Source: Heterodontus francisci
Lineage: Eukaryota
Direction of reading: 5' to 3'
DNA: 64,000 nt
Assembly: GCF_036365525.1 (NCBI RefSeq)
Contig: NC_090404.1
Span: 9,300,001-9,364,000, forward strand
Program-made: the position numbers and the translations under genes
The notes under the pieces: generated by a model
Databases searched by the model: none
What the model was told of the DNA's origin: nothing
Seen by the model: the letters and a program-made list of their open reading frames with translations, nothing else
Part shown: piece by piece, positions 52,131-64,000 of the stretch
Numbering within the stretch: the stretch's first letter is position 1
How the letters are laid out: the number at the start of each line of letters is the position of its first letter

Positions 52131-52465
52131 GATGCAGGTAAGATGTTTCCCCTGCTTGGGGGAGTCTAGAACCAGGGGGCACAATTTCAAAATAAGGGGG
52201 AAGCCACTTAGGACAGAGATTAGGACAATTTCATCTATTCAGAATGTTGTGAATCGTTGAAATTCTCTATCCCAGAGGGTTGTGAAAGCTCAGCCATTGA
52301 GTATGTTCAACGTAGAGATTAACAGATTTCTAAATACCAATGACATAAAGAGATATGGGGATAGTGTGGAGGAAAGACCTTGAAGTGGATGATCCGCCAT
52401 GATCGTATTGAATGGCGGAGCAGACCCGATGGACTGAATGGCCCACTCCTGCTCCTATGTTCCTG
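52130..52465 (+). mobile_element. CR1 3' end
   Basis: Homologous to 56646-56980. Confidence 0.8.
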
Positions 52466-52894
52466 TGTGTGTGTGTGTGTTAAGGTGTGTGTGTGAGAGA
52501 GCGAGTGAGAGAGAGAGACTCACTCACATGGCTAGGCAAGGATAGGGTTAGTTCGAAGACATCAGTAGTTGGTCCACAGCTCGCACTGGTTGAGGCACAT
52601 CTGGTGTCAGTTCTGAGAGACCCTGTCCCTGGGGGACGCCCCGCGCTCTCACAGTCAGTCCAGTCCCTGCTTACCTGAGTTTACTCTTTGCTATCGACTA
52701 GAAGAGTCAACATATTTAAAACATACTGAAGAAGGGTCACTGACCTGAACCGTTAACTCTGCTTCTCTCTCCACAGATGTTGCCAGACCTGCTGAGTATT
52801 TCCAGCATTTCTCGTTTTAATTTCAGATTTCCAGCATCGGCAGTATTTTTCTTTTATTATTTAAAACATACTGTTATTTTCAGTCAAAATCTAA

Positions 52895-53319
52895 ACCAGA
52901 CACCATGTTCCTTACTGATAATAATGGTCTTGCTGCCCGGTGAGTCCGTGATTAAATGAACAGTGTATGTTCCAGGGGTTATACTTACTCCCAGACTCTT
53001 GACTGTTTCTGTATTTTGTTACAGCAACCAGTGGTAAAGATTCAGTATCTCAGGATCCGTCTGAATTAACGGTTCAGGAAGGACTGACCATAAAACTGAA
53101 CTGCAGTTACTCCACACCCAGTGACTTTCCCGACCTCTACTGGTACATCCAGTGTCCTGGGGAAGCTCCGAGATATTCACTGAGGAGATACGGCAAGGGA
53201 CAGTGAGATAGGTCTTCAGATTTCCCAGATCTCCTGGACCAAGACAAGAAAACGGTTCCTTTAAATACCGCCGGGGCCCTTGTCTCTGACTCTGCCGTGC
53301 ATCACTGTGCGCTGAGCCT
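52895..53319 (+). pseudogene. TRAV/DV: TCR V pseudogene V15 (leader lacks in-frame ATG; exon 53025-53319 with TGA)
   Basis: DSVSQDPSELTVQEG..LNCSY..LYWYIQ..DSAVHHCALS; RSS cacacta 53320-53326, 23-bp spacer, acaaaaagc 53350-53358. Confidence 0.9.
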
Positions 53320-53701
53320 CACACTATTGCAGAGGCCCGGTCAGTCCGGACAAAAAGCAGAAATGCACTCTCACCGCTCTCTCTCTCAATCAGATAATAG
53401 AAAGGAAACCAAACTTCAAAGATCAATTCTGCCGAATGGCATATTTCTGCGCTACGACTCTATGTCATTCTGTGTAATAAGCCCCATAATATCAGCTGTG
53501 GATGGTTCCCAGGGTCCTTGAGCAGTTCTTATAATGGGAGGCTCCGTCATTGATACCAGTGCAACAACAATTATTTCCCCTCATTGCCACCATCTCACCG
53601 ACTGACCCTGTTAAAGGGCCAACATTGGATTTGATCCCCGTCCAGTTCTTTGTTGTGAGCAGAACAATGTTACTCTGTTCCCTGCTCCTTGCTCTGATGT
53701 T

Positions 53702-53832
53702 ATGAATTGGCGAACAAAGGATCTGTGAGCTGATTGGTTGGATGAATTGGAGAACAAAGGAGCTGTGAGCTGATTGGATGAATTGGAGAACAAAGGAGCT
53801 GTGAGCTGATTGGATGAATTGGAGAACAAAGG
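53702..53832 (+). promoter_or_regulatory. 36-bp tandem repeat (about 3.5 copies) upstream of V16 carrying AACAAAG and ATTGG motifs
   Basis: atgaattggagaacaaaggagctgtgagctgattgg at 53702, 53742, 53778 and 53814 (partial). Confidence 0.65.
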
Positions 53833-53979
53833 CGCCAACTGGATGTGACCTGTTCACTCTTCCAGCAATGGACCAATCGGAAGAGAGACCGGATATTACT
53901 CAACATCTTCCCAACCCTGACTGAAACAATTACAGGTTCAACCCGTTCTGTTCAAATCCGCCATCAACTCTCTGCAAAC

Positions 53980-54504
53980 ATGTTGGTTGTTGCTTTGTAT
54001 TCATTCCTCACAGCTACAGCTCTCTTAACTGGTAAAGTTTACATGTTTTCATTTTTTCTTTTGAAGTATCACTGACATAGAAAATCTACTTTTTAAATGT
54101 TTCTTTTCTCTATTTACGACGGATTCTGTTACATTTATATTAGTTGTAATAAAGTGATAATAAAAGCTTAAAGTTCTGTATTTCTAAATTTCTGTAGGTG
54201 TTCGTTGTGCAGACTCGGTCTCACAGGAGCCGGGTGCAGTGATGCAGGTTGAAGGAGACTCGGTGACCATTAATTACAACTATTCGACCACTGCTAATTT
54301 CTATTCCTTACAACTGTACCGTCAGGACCGGGATAAATCCCCCCTAATCTTAATCTACATCCCTTCTGCTGGAGAGGTTTTCAGAGCAGAGGGCGTGGGC
54401 AATCGATTTTCTGCATCTCTCGACACTTCGAAAAGTGAGGGGAATTTCACCATCCGTGACCTGCGGCTGTCTGACAGCGCGATGTATTACTGCGGGCTGA
54501 GAGA
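53980..54504 (+). pseudogene. TRAV/DV: TCR V segment V16, ORF lacking Cys23 (Tyr) and Trp41 (Leu) (leader 53980-54031, exon 54198-54504)
   Basis: DSVSQEP..VTINYNY..LQLYRQ..DSAMYYCGLR; RSS cacagtg 54505-54511, 23-bp spacer, acaaaaaca 54535-54543. Confidence 0.9.
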
Positions 54505-54906
54505 CACAGTGACAGGAACCAGAGGGAGCCTCGTACAAAAACACTGCCTCAGTGTGACAAGGTGAACGGAATAGCAGGCAGTGTGGGGTGAAACACGGAG
54601 TGTCAGTATTTATCACAGGAGAGTTTATTCATATAATAATCTTGATATTAGTTTCATAAAAATATATTTGATTGGACTGTTCTTCCAATCTCTGTTTATT
54701 TAATGGACACCTTAACTTTCAAACTTAGTGGAGCAAATATCAAACTAGTACTCAGTGTGCGCCAGAGTCACAATCAGACCTGGCACTCTAGCTAGTATGA
54801 AATGAACTGAACAGAGGGGAGACATTCAGTCACTTCATCGAGGAAAAACCCTTCAGAACAGCGAAGTCTCCTCAGAACTGTGAGGCCGACAAACTCAGGT
54901 CCTAAT

Positions 54907-55180
54907 CTGCGATGGAAGCCCGGTGTGCTGACTGTACCAGTTGAGAATATTTACTGAGAAGTGATGTAATGATGAGGAGCGGTGTGAGACGGTCCCGCGT
55001 GATGCTCCCTGAATCTGTAACTCCGCAGTACGGGAGCTCTGTCCAAGCAGAAATACAGATCCCCGCCCCACTGCACGACTGATCCAACCAATACCAACCA
55101 GGGAACAGCGACATTAATCTCTCCAGTAACACAGGGCAGGTCAGAGTGAGAACAGAAAACGGAAGCTGTGGGTGGGGGAC
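54907..55180 (-). pseudogene. V12-family relic: type-A promoter, leader (ATG>ACG, 55000-54955) and fused FR2 fragment
   Basis: (T)RDRLTPLLIITSLL, then gtaaat, then WYSQHTGLP. Confidence 0.75.
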
Positions 55181-55364
55181 ACCGCAGAAACAAATGGAGT
55201 GAATTGAAAACTCTGTGTAAGGACAGAAAGCGCGCGGCGCCGCTCAGCTGCACTGGGAGCTGATGGAGCGGAAATGGTGATGGTTCCATCTCTAAATGCC
55301 TCTTGATAAACTGTCACTGCTCACTGATCAAAGCATTGTGTTAGGGATGTTTTTCGAGAGCAGT

Positions 55365-56985
55365 ATGTTGAGGAACCGACTAGAGAACAGGCTATTTTTA
55401 TATCTAGTATTGTGTAATGTGAAAGGGCTAATTAATAATCTTGTTGCAAAAGAACCTTTAGGGATGAGTGACCATAATATGATAGAATTTTACATTGTGT
55501 TTGAAAGTGAGTTCAATCTGAAGCCAATGTGTTAAATTTGAACGAAGGAAGCTATGAAGTTATGAGGGGCAAATTGGCTGAGGTAGATTTGGAAAATACA
55601 TTAAAAGATATGACAGTACATAGGCAATGGATAGTCTTTAAATAAAATATTACATAGTTTACAGCAACTATACATTCCTTCAAGGCACAAAAACCCCAAA
55701 AGTAAAGGCAGTCAACGTGGAAATCAAAGGAAGTTACGGGTTATATAAGATTAAAAGAAAAGGTCTATAAAGTTGCCATAAATAGTAGTAAACTTGAGGA
55801 TTGGGAGGATTTTAGAATACAGCAAAGGAGGGTGAAGAAACTGATGAAGAAAGGGAGAATAGAATATGAATGTAATCTTGCAAAAACATCAAAACGGACT
55901 GTAAAAGCTTCTACAGGTACGTAAAAAGGAAACGTTTGGCTAAGACAAATGTGGGTCCATTACAGGCAGAGTCAGGAGAATTTATAATGGGGAATAGAGA
56001 AATGGCAGAGAAGCGAAATGATTACTTGTGTGGGAGGACCAAATGCAGTATTTCCAAGTTCGCGGATGACACAAAACTAAGTGGGAATGTATGTTGTGAG
56101 GAAGATGCAAAGCGGCTTCAAGGGGATTTGGACGGACTCAATAAGTAGGCAAGAACGTGGTAGATGGAATATAATGTGAAAAAAATGTGAGGTTGTCCAC
56201 TTTGGTAGGAGGTACAGATGTGCAGAGTATCTCTTAAATATTAAGAGATCCGAAAGTGTATATGCAGAAAGGGACCTGGGTGTCCTTGTCAATAACTCGA
56301 TGAAAGCTGACATGCAGATGCAGCAAGTAATTAAGAAGGTGAATGGTATGTTAGCCTTTATCACAAGAGGATTTGAGTACAGGAGTAGCAAAGTCTTACT
56401 TCAATTGTAAAGAACCTTGGTTAGACCGCACCTGGAATACTGTGTGCCGTTTTGGTCCCCTTACCTTAGGAAGGATATTATTGCCATAGAGGGAGTGCAA
56501 CGAAGGTTCACCAGACTTGTTCCCGGGATGGCGGGACTGTCCTATGAAGAGAGATTGGAGAAACTGGGCCTGTATTTTCTACAGTTTCGAAGAATGAGAG
56601 GTGATCTCATTGAAACTTACAAAGTATTTAAAGGGATAGACAGGGTAGATGCAGGTAAGATGTTTCCCTTGGTTGGGGAGTCCAGACCCAGGGGACATAA
56701 TTTCAAAATAAGGGGGAAGCCACTTAGGACAGAGATGAGAAGAAATTTCATCACTCAGAGGGTTGTGAATCTTTGGAATTCTCTACCCCAGAGGGCTGAG
56801 GAAGCCCAGTCATTGAGTATGTTTAAAGTAGAAATGCATAGATTTCTAAATACCAATGATATAAAGGGATGTGGGTATAGTGTGGGGAAAAAGGCATTGA
56901 AGTGGATGATCAGCCCTGATCGTATTGAATGGCGGGGCAGGCTCTATGGGTTGAATGGTCTACTCCTGCTCCTATATTCCTCTGA
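55365..56985 (+). mobile_element. CR1 LINE, internally deleted
   Basis: EPLGMSDHNMIEF; KFADDTKL; VRPHLEYCVPFWSPY. Confidence 0.9.
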
Positions 56986-57371
56986 TTGGGAACAAATAGC
57001 TTGGGAACGAAAAGATAGGATTACATGCTATGGGAAGCAATGAGAGGATTTCATCATTATAATGTAATTTTTTGAGATACAAATGCGACAGACGTGCTTT
57101 TATATGTGATCAAAAACTCTAAATCCCCTCAATGACCTCGGGTTGACTAGAATCCGCCAGCAGACGGCGCCAAACTCAATATGGCCGTTCTGGAGTCATG
57201 TGATGCCAGCGCCAACGCCAATAGGGATCGCAGCCTGAGTGAGGTCACAATAGGACCGCCCCCTGCAGTGTGTCCGTGGAAGAATGAGCTGAACAGGCAC
57301 GGGTTACCTCTGTCCCTTTCTCAATCTCTGGCTCATTCCATCTCAATTCACTGAAAGAGATTCAGTCAGAC

Positions 57372-57884
57372 ATGTTTCTGATTATACTGGAGGCTGTGTT
57401 GGACAGTAAGTACTGGATTAGTTTAATCAAGGCAGTTTAGCAGATTCATGCAAAGAGTTTGTGCAGGAACGTAGTACAATTATCAATCAGGACTATCCGC
57501 ATGATGGGTAATGGGAGTTTACACACACTCACAGAAATAAACTTATCTTTAGTTAGATCTTGTTTAACTGCTTGTTCCTTTATTCCCCTATCTTTACAGG
57601 CGGAATATATGTAGATATACTAACATAATTTTCGGTGACAGGTACGGTGGCGGGGTTCGATACAGTTAGATTGTGAATTTTCAGCCCGGTTATTAACAAC
57701 ATGCAATGATATCGGTAGAAACTGGCACAGTCTCCATGCTAGAAAATGAGCAAAATACCAGCACTGACGGGAGACAAAACACCAGGACAATATCAGGCGG
57801 CTTTTGACACGTCTAAAAAGAACGGTTCCCTCAATATAAGCGCTCTAGTGTGGAGGGCGGGGCGCTCATTACTGTGCGGTGAGG
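57372..57884 (+). pseudogene. TRAV/DV: TCR V pseudogene V18, inverted paralog of V8 (leader 57372-57405, exon from 57600)
   Basis: MFLIILEAVLD; stops and frameshifts; heptamer mutated to gacagca 57885-57891; acaaaaacc 57914-57922. Confidence 0.88.
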
Positions 57885-58217
57885 GACAGCATCAGATAAA
57901 ACAAAGGTCTCATACAAAAACCTCAGCGACTATTTACCGCTGCATTGAGTCTGGATGGTAACAGTTAACATGCCTCTGGTGAGATGTTACCGGAGTGGCG
58001 AGGCGCCTGTTTCTGTCTATTTACCCATCATCTGCTGATGATCTGTAGCACAAGCACTTCACAACAGAACTCAAACAGGAATATTGACTTGGTGTTAAAC
58101 AGCCCGCGTGAGGCGAGGTTACCGGGAATACCTTCAAGGCGTCATTGTTTACAATTATTTTCCAATACTACCAGCGTAGCTCCTTCTTTCATTCTAAATT
58201 CATATTTTACGTAATTA

Positions 58218-58260
<43 letters not shown>

Positions 58261-59162
58261 GTATATATAGTTAAGAGCGATAGACCAGCACACAGAGCGG
58301 GGCACATTCATACAGAACACTTCGAACAAATCCCGGGTTGCACTATTTCTCTCTATGTTATCACAAATCTTGTGTCGAACACACCCTTCCTCTCCAAAGA
58401 GGGATTCGCAAATGCGAATTGGATATGTACTTGAAAAGGAGAAACTTACAAGTCTCTGGGGGACAGCAGCGCAGTGGAAATAATTAAATACCAGTACGGG
58501 CATGACGGACGGAATGGCCTTCTCCATTGCTATAGGATTCCATGAAATGAGCTCAGAAGGAAATTAAAGAGCGACTTGGGGGCGACATCGACCCCAGGAA
58601 AACTGGCATCATTCAGTCTCTGACTAATTGTGATTCTGGAGCGATTTCCAGGAGACTCTCGGTCCTTATTAGTGATTAAACGTCATTTACTACCCCCGGT
58701 TAACGCTAAGGGTAGCTAAGTACTGTCTCTGTAAAATCCCTCTGCTACATGCAATGAACTGAATAACTAAGCGAGGGGAATAATGTCCCCGTTCATTAAA
58801 TACAATGAATCGCAAATCTTTCTACGAAGGTTTCCGCTGACCCCTCTCCAAACTAACCTTAAATATGTTCTTTGCGAATAAATTGTTGAAAAAATAAAGA
58901 GCTTACAATTTCGCTCCAAATACTGTCCAGTGGAATCTTGACTGAAACATTTCTCATGTTGCCTCACACACAGCGACCACATCAATTCCTCCTGTTCCCT
59001 GATGATGTAACATTGTCAATAACGGATATGACATGGCGGCAGAGTCAGTTCCCTTTCTATCACGGTCACAGGGTTAAATAGTTCAGCCTGCTGCGGTGCT
59101 GGTGGCTGTTTTTGCCACTGTAGAGAAAGTGTCGATGCTCACATTGTGACTCGTGGACAGTG

Positions 59163-59612
59163 ATGTGTTTCTCTATTTATTTCAGTGTGGTTTTAGCCCT
59201 CTCTGTGTTGTGTAAGTACATGTGGAATCTGTGTACAAATAAACACTAACAGGTCTGGCTATTGAGGCGGCTATTTGTAAACGTTCAATTTCTCTTCCAG
59301 CCGGCAGTGTTAGCGGCGATTCTGTGCATCAAGACTATTCGACCAGGACAGTGCGGGAAGGGGAAGCGGTGACGCTGAATTGTAGTTTTACAACAGATAC
59401 AGACCCTTACCTTTCCTGGTACCGGCAGCTTCCCGACCGGACTCTGGTAAATGTGTTGTTTATCACCCAATACGGCACATTCCCAGCCGACTTCTCCAAG
59501 GACAGTTTCACAGCAGAGCTGAGCACAGAGGAGAGCACGGTTCAGCTGAGAGTTTCTGCGGCGGAGCTGTCAGACAGCGCCGTGTATTACTGCGCTCTGA
59601 GAGCCACAGCTA
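59163..59612 (+). CDS. TRAV/DV: TCR V segment V19, open frame (leader 59163-59211, exon from 59301), triplicated heptamer
   Basis: DSVHQD..LNCSF..LSWYRQLP..DSAVYYCALRA; cacagct at 59605, 59613 and 59621; acaaaaacc 59643-59651. Confidence 0.92.
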
Positions 59613-60298
59613 CACAGCTACACAGCTCCGTGTCCGCCCTGTACAAAAACCTCAGCACACTGTGTGTAACTAGAACTGTGTGTGACTGCACCACCCGCTC
59701 TGTGATGGTCTGAATTGGACAGTTATTCTCCGGATAGAATGTTCCCGCAGTGCAGCTCCCATTAGCTCCAAATAGAGGAGTCAGATTTCAGATTTCATTC
59801 ACTCTATAATGAGGAATCGACAGGCGAAAGCCTGACAAAGTTTAGTAGGCCAACTTACCGGGTAATGTGTGTTAAATTGCAAGTTTCCCCTATTCACTAC
59901 CCATGTACTTTCCCGTTCTGTTTGGCATGTCGCTATCACAGAGACACCAGAGGAAATCTTCCCCGTGTGTATCTTCAGCAGAAAATTAATGAACCCAATC
60001 CCCATCAACTAGCTCAGTCTGATTAATAACAGTGAGTGAAATAAACTGAACATCTTCATCTACATTCAACTCCTGTCTTCCTTTCTTTGAGAGGACTTCT
60101 CTCAAGCAAACATAAAATTTTCTCTCAGGTCAATTGGAGATCAAACTCTCTCTCAGATCAATTAAACATGAAACTGTGTTTCAGATCAATTCGAGATCAA
60201 TGTGACTCTCTGGTCAATTAGAGATCCATCTGCCCACATTTATTAAACTTTTTCTTTAACATTTCAGTTCTCCGAAATAAACACGAACTTGTGGTTAA

Positions 60299-60468
60299 GG
60301 AAGTGACATCAGACCAGCCAGAGCCAATCCTCTCAGACTTTTCTATTTGACGCTCTGCAGGAAGTGACGTCAGACCAGCCAGAGCCAATCCTCTCAGCTT
60401 TTTCTATTTGACGCACTGCAGGAAGTGACGTCAGACCAGCATCAGCTCTTTCTGTTTGATGTTCTGCA
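60299..60468 (+). promoter_or_regulatory. V20 promoter: triplicated 61-bp unit with an ETS-CRE composite and CCAAT
   Basis: GGAAGTGACATCA at 60299; GGAAGTGACGTCA at 60360 and 60421. Confidence 0.78.
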
Positions 60469-60513
60469 GCTTTCTGAGACGCAGAATGTCCCTCGAATTC
60501 CGAAGCAGCAGCA

Positions 60514-61585
60514 ATGCGGCTCCCTGTTCTCGCCGTGCTCTGGTTGACATTCATAGTCGGTAAGAAGATTCAAGCTTTAAAAAGGGATCAATTGCTACGG
60601 AAATAAATTTGAAAAACGGTGTTCATGTTAAACTTGTGAGGACCACAATTGGGGTATGGTGAACAGCTCTGGTCTGACAACAAGGATGTAGAGCCACAGG
60701 ATAAAATGCAAAAAATGATTTACAAGGATGACGCCAGAACTGAGAAGTAATATATATCAGAAAACACTACAGGCTGGGGCTCTTTCCTCTTGTAAAGGGA
60801 AGACTGGGGGCAAAGGATAGATGTCTTTAAAATTATGAAGGTGTTCGACATGTAGAACTGGAGACGGTGTTGCCACTTGTGGACGATATCAATACAATGG
60901 CTCATAAATATAAGAGTAACCAAAATATCCACCAGGGAATTCAGAAGAAACTTCTTTACCCAGAGTGTGATGAGAATGTGGAACTCGCTACCACAAGGAG
61001 GGGTTGAGGTGAATTGTGTAGATGCATTTAAGCGGAAGCTGGATAAAGAGATGAGGGAGAAAGGGATGGAAGGATAAAGTGAGATGAGGGGGGTGGGGGG
61101 GGGGTGGGGATGCTCTAGGGAAATGTGAACCCAGGCATGGACAGGTTGGGCCGAATGACCTTTTCTGTGCTCCAAATTTTATTTAATTTTGTGAAACACT
61201 GACTGCGAATTTTCCCGGTCAGTTCGGTCTGTTTTGAACATTTAATCGGTGATTTCCGCTTTCTTTAACCGTGTGTTCCAGATCTGAGCGATGGAGATTC
61301 TGTTACTCAGCGGGAATCCTCGCTCACACAGACAGAGGGAGAAGATGTCACTTTAACCTGCACCTATCCCGGCGATGGTTATTACTTATTTTGGTACCGC
61401 CAATACCCAGGCAGACAGCCCGAGTTTGCAGTCCGGAGGTACACGAGCGGCGGTGCTGAACTTAAGGCGGATTTCGCTCAGAACCGGTTTTCTGATAGAG
61501 TCCAGCAGTCAGACAAGTTGTACCGATTGACCATCTCGGAGCTGCGGCTGTCTGACACAGCGGTCTATTACTGTGCACTGAGTCT
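60514..61585 (+). CDS. TRAV/DV: TCR V segment V20, apparently functional (leader 60514-60559, exon 61282-61585; CR1 fragment 60620-61170 in the intron)
   Basis: MRLPVLAVLWLTFIV; DSVTQRES..LTCTY..LFWYRQYPGRQPEF..DTAVYYCALS; RSS cacaatg 61586-61592, 23-bp spacer, acaataact 61616-61624; this frame is absent from the ORF track. Confidence 0.93.
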
Positions 61586-62969
61586 CACAATGATGGGAAC
61601 GAGCCACAGCCTCGTACAATAACTGCCGCAGGTTTCTGGGTCACAGCTGCTGTCTGCTGAGGGCTGTTTATAACAGCGGCTCACACACTGACACGTGAAT
61701 ACATTCCTGTGCGGGCAGAACCCGAGCACAATCCACATAAACACCATGTAAAATCATTCACATCGAACACTGATTCAGTCTGATTATCACATTAACTGTG
61801 TGAGGGCAGAATTGTCTGTTGTTTATTTGTGTATCTCTGGGAATTCACCATTCACATTGAGAATACAAACTCCAGCAGGTGACCTGGAACTAGTTATATC
61901 CGTGCACCGGACAGGATTAGAAGCTGACGGATAACGGTTAATGGGCTAATAATCTGTAAGGACAACCATGGTGTGTTCTAGGCACCGGGCCAGAGGCTCC
62001 GAAGGGCGACTGAAACCAAAAAGGCGATGAAAAAAGGTATCAAAAGGTTGCGATAGTGAGATACAAACCGTGAAGAGGACATTGTGCAAAGACTAGAAAA
62101 CGGCGTGGAGACTCACTAAAGAGTAATTTTAAGTTTATTTACCGGTTTAACGTGTTCATTATTAATTTAAAAAATAACCTGAAGACATTGGAACGCTGTC
62201 AAGTTAGCAAGGTGTAACTAAAATATAATATATACAATACATAAAAACTCAAAAACGTGAAAGATGCGAGTTTGAGTCAGTGCAGAGCAAGAGATCAACA
62301 CTGCTCCCAAAGGAAACGGATAATATCAGTTCTGCTGTATCTATTGCCTTACCTGGTAAGACGCTTAGCAATCTGACTTGTTAACTGTGCTTTGTTTTAT
62401 ACTAGCTACAACTATTCAATTATCACAACCGTTTTGGTGTAGTGTCCTTCAGAATATCGTACAAAAGAAACTGATAAACAATAGCTCTCCGGATTGAAAG
62501 AAAAATACTGGGGGAGATTCTGATGGTTGCCACCAGATGGCAGCAAACACCGCGTAACCATCCCACAACATCTGTCTACAATTGATGATCTCTGCCAGTA
62601 TTCTGCAGGTCACGCACAGTGTCGCCCATTAACTGCTCAGCTGAGGTTCCTGAAGATAATTTCACCTTCTGGCAGGCCTGGGACTTGTCTGTCAGAAACT
62701 CGGTGGTTTAAAATTTTCTTGTGCCCCTAGACCGACTCCGATTAAATTGGGTAGTTCACTTGTCCTCAGGGAAGTGGATTCTCCAGCCTGTCTCTGTCAA
62801 TCTCGATAGTCCGTCGGTGTATAATATAGACTCAGGTCACTTCTACAAATTCTAACACCCATTCTGTCAATATTCGCACAATCTGGTTTAAGATGATCCA
62901 GTGAGAAGTGTGAAATCCATTCGCACCACAAAACATATCCTTTGCCGAGTTATATTTCACCTTTGGATC

Positions 62970-63440
62970 TATCTCAGTTATTACATGCACTCGACACGAT
63001 CTCTGTTTATATTACACTGGACCCTGTCTATGTTTAAATTACTCTTGCCCCTGTCCTTGTTTATATTAAACTAGACCCAGTCTCAGTTATAAGCACCCGA
63101 CCATTTCCTGTTCCTATTACACTAGGCCCAATCTCACTCATTGCTGCACGAGACCATGTCTCTGTTCATAATACAGTAGACACTGTCGGTCTTTATGTTA
63201 AAATAGACCCTGTTTCAGTTATTACTGCACTAGACCCAGTATCTGCTTATATTATAATAAGCCCTGTCTCAGTAATTTCTGCATAAGACTTGCCTCTGTT
63301 TATGCTACATCAACCACTATCTTTGTTAGGACTAGGCCACGCCTCTGTTTATATTACATTAGATCTTTTCTCTTTTGTATCACTCCAGGCCGTATCTCAG
63401 ATATTACTACACTAGACCATGCCTCTGTTTATATTCTGCA
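62970..63440. repeat. Degenerate short-unit tandem repeat
   Basis: ctagaccc..tctctgtttatattaca units. Confidence 0.7.
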
Positions 63441-64000
63441 GTACATTATCAGTACCGGTGCAGTGAGATGGAGAGTTTAAAGATACAGAGACAGATACCA
63501 ACCTGACTGCAAGTCAGTGACTCTGAATTGCCCTCATATAACAGAGGCCTGTCACTCAAACCCCGCTCTGCTCAGCCCAGGGCCCCTCACCTACCAAGTA
63601 ACAGCTTTCTGTATTCCAGACTACGTCCCCCAGGTGTGATAGAGTCCACGGGGCGTTGTCAGTATCCAGAATGGTTGTGGTGGGGGCCGTGGGGTGTGGG
63701 GAGTGGCTTCTGTCATGTGCCTGTGTCTTGAATGGTTCCTTCCTGGGCCAGTCTGAGGCCTCTGCTACTGGTGTCCGAGTGTTAGCAGGAATGAATCTAG
63801 AAGAATCACTCGACACTCAGGTCTGCTCCAATGTCAAACAGTTTATTGAGTTACGCCAGTGGGGAGCAGGTCACTGGTCTGTCCAGATGCCTCTCCACTG
63901 AACAAAGGAAAATCATCAATACTTATACATTTTCAAACAGTTACTCAGCCCATCCCGGCTGGACATGGTCCAATCACAACGATTATAGATCATATACATT

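Noticed and set aside
51508-52182. 224-aa ORF and overlapping ORFs
   Set aside because: Artefacts of dinucleotide low-complexity sequence
3939-61624. NAR-TCR, IgNAR V or IgH-like (TAIL) V segments
   Set aside because: All recognisable V exons have TCR-like frameworks and CDR2-containing lengths, and most have their own leader. I saw no V-D-J minicluster, 12-RSS D/J or FGxG/WGxG J segment. A profile search would settle this.
62570-62920. Possible leader plus exon relic on minus near a CTCF motif
   Set aside because: No Ig-domain motifs recoverable

Overview
Cartilaginous-fish (shark-like) genomic DNA from the V-segment array of a T-cell receptor locus, most likely TCR alpha/delta. I find about 25 V-related units in both orientations. 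Nine look intact (leader exon, intron, V exon and 23-RSS; one has a 24-bp spacer). Three have open frames but lack canonical Cys/Trp, and the rest are pseudogenes or relics. No D, J or TCR constant exon is visible. The V genes are interspersed with CR1, CR1/L2-group, RTE and Penelope-like retroelements, SINEs, minisatellites, about 13 CTCF-like motifs and one near-perfect tRNA-Arg(CCT) gene. The most notable observations are: (1) a genomic IgM Cmu4 exon fragment with an intact splice acceptor among the TCR V genes; (2) a nested mirror-image arrangement of V paralogs centred near 28.8 kb; (3) chimeric V genes formed by promoter/leader swapping within the intron; (4) antisense-oriented orphan promoter modules just 3' of some RSSs; (5) a triplicated heptamer that shifts one V coding end; (6) a 1.8-kb minisatellite rich in CACACTG and AGCT; (7) an RTE insertion with a 5' inversion and an 11-bp target-site duplication (TSD). 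Family assignments come from my recall of sequences, not from database searches, and repeat boundaries are approximate.
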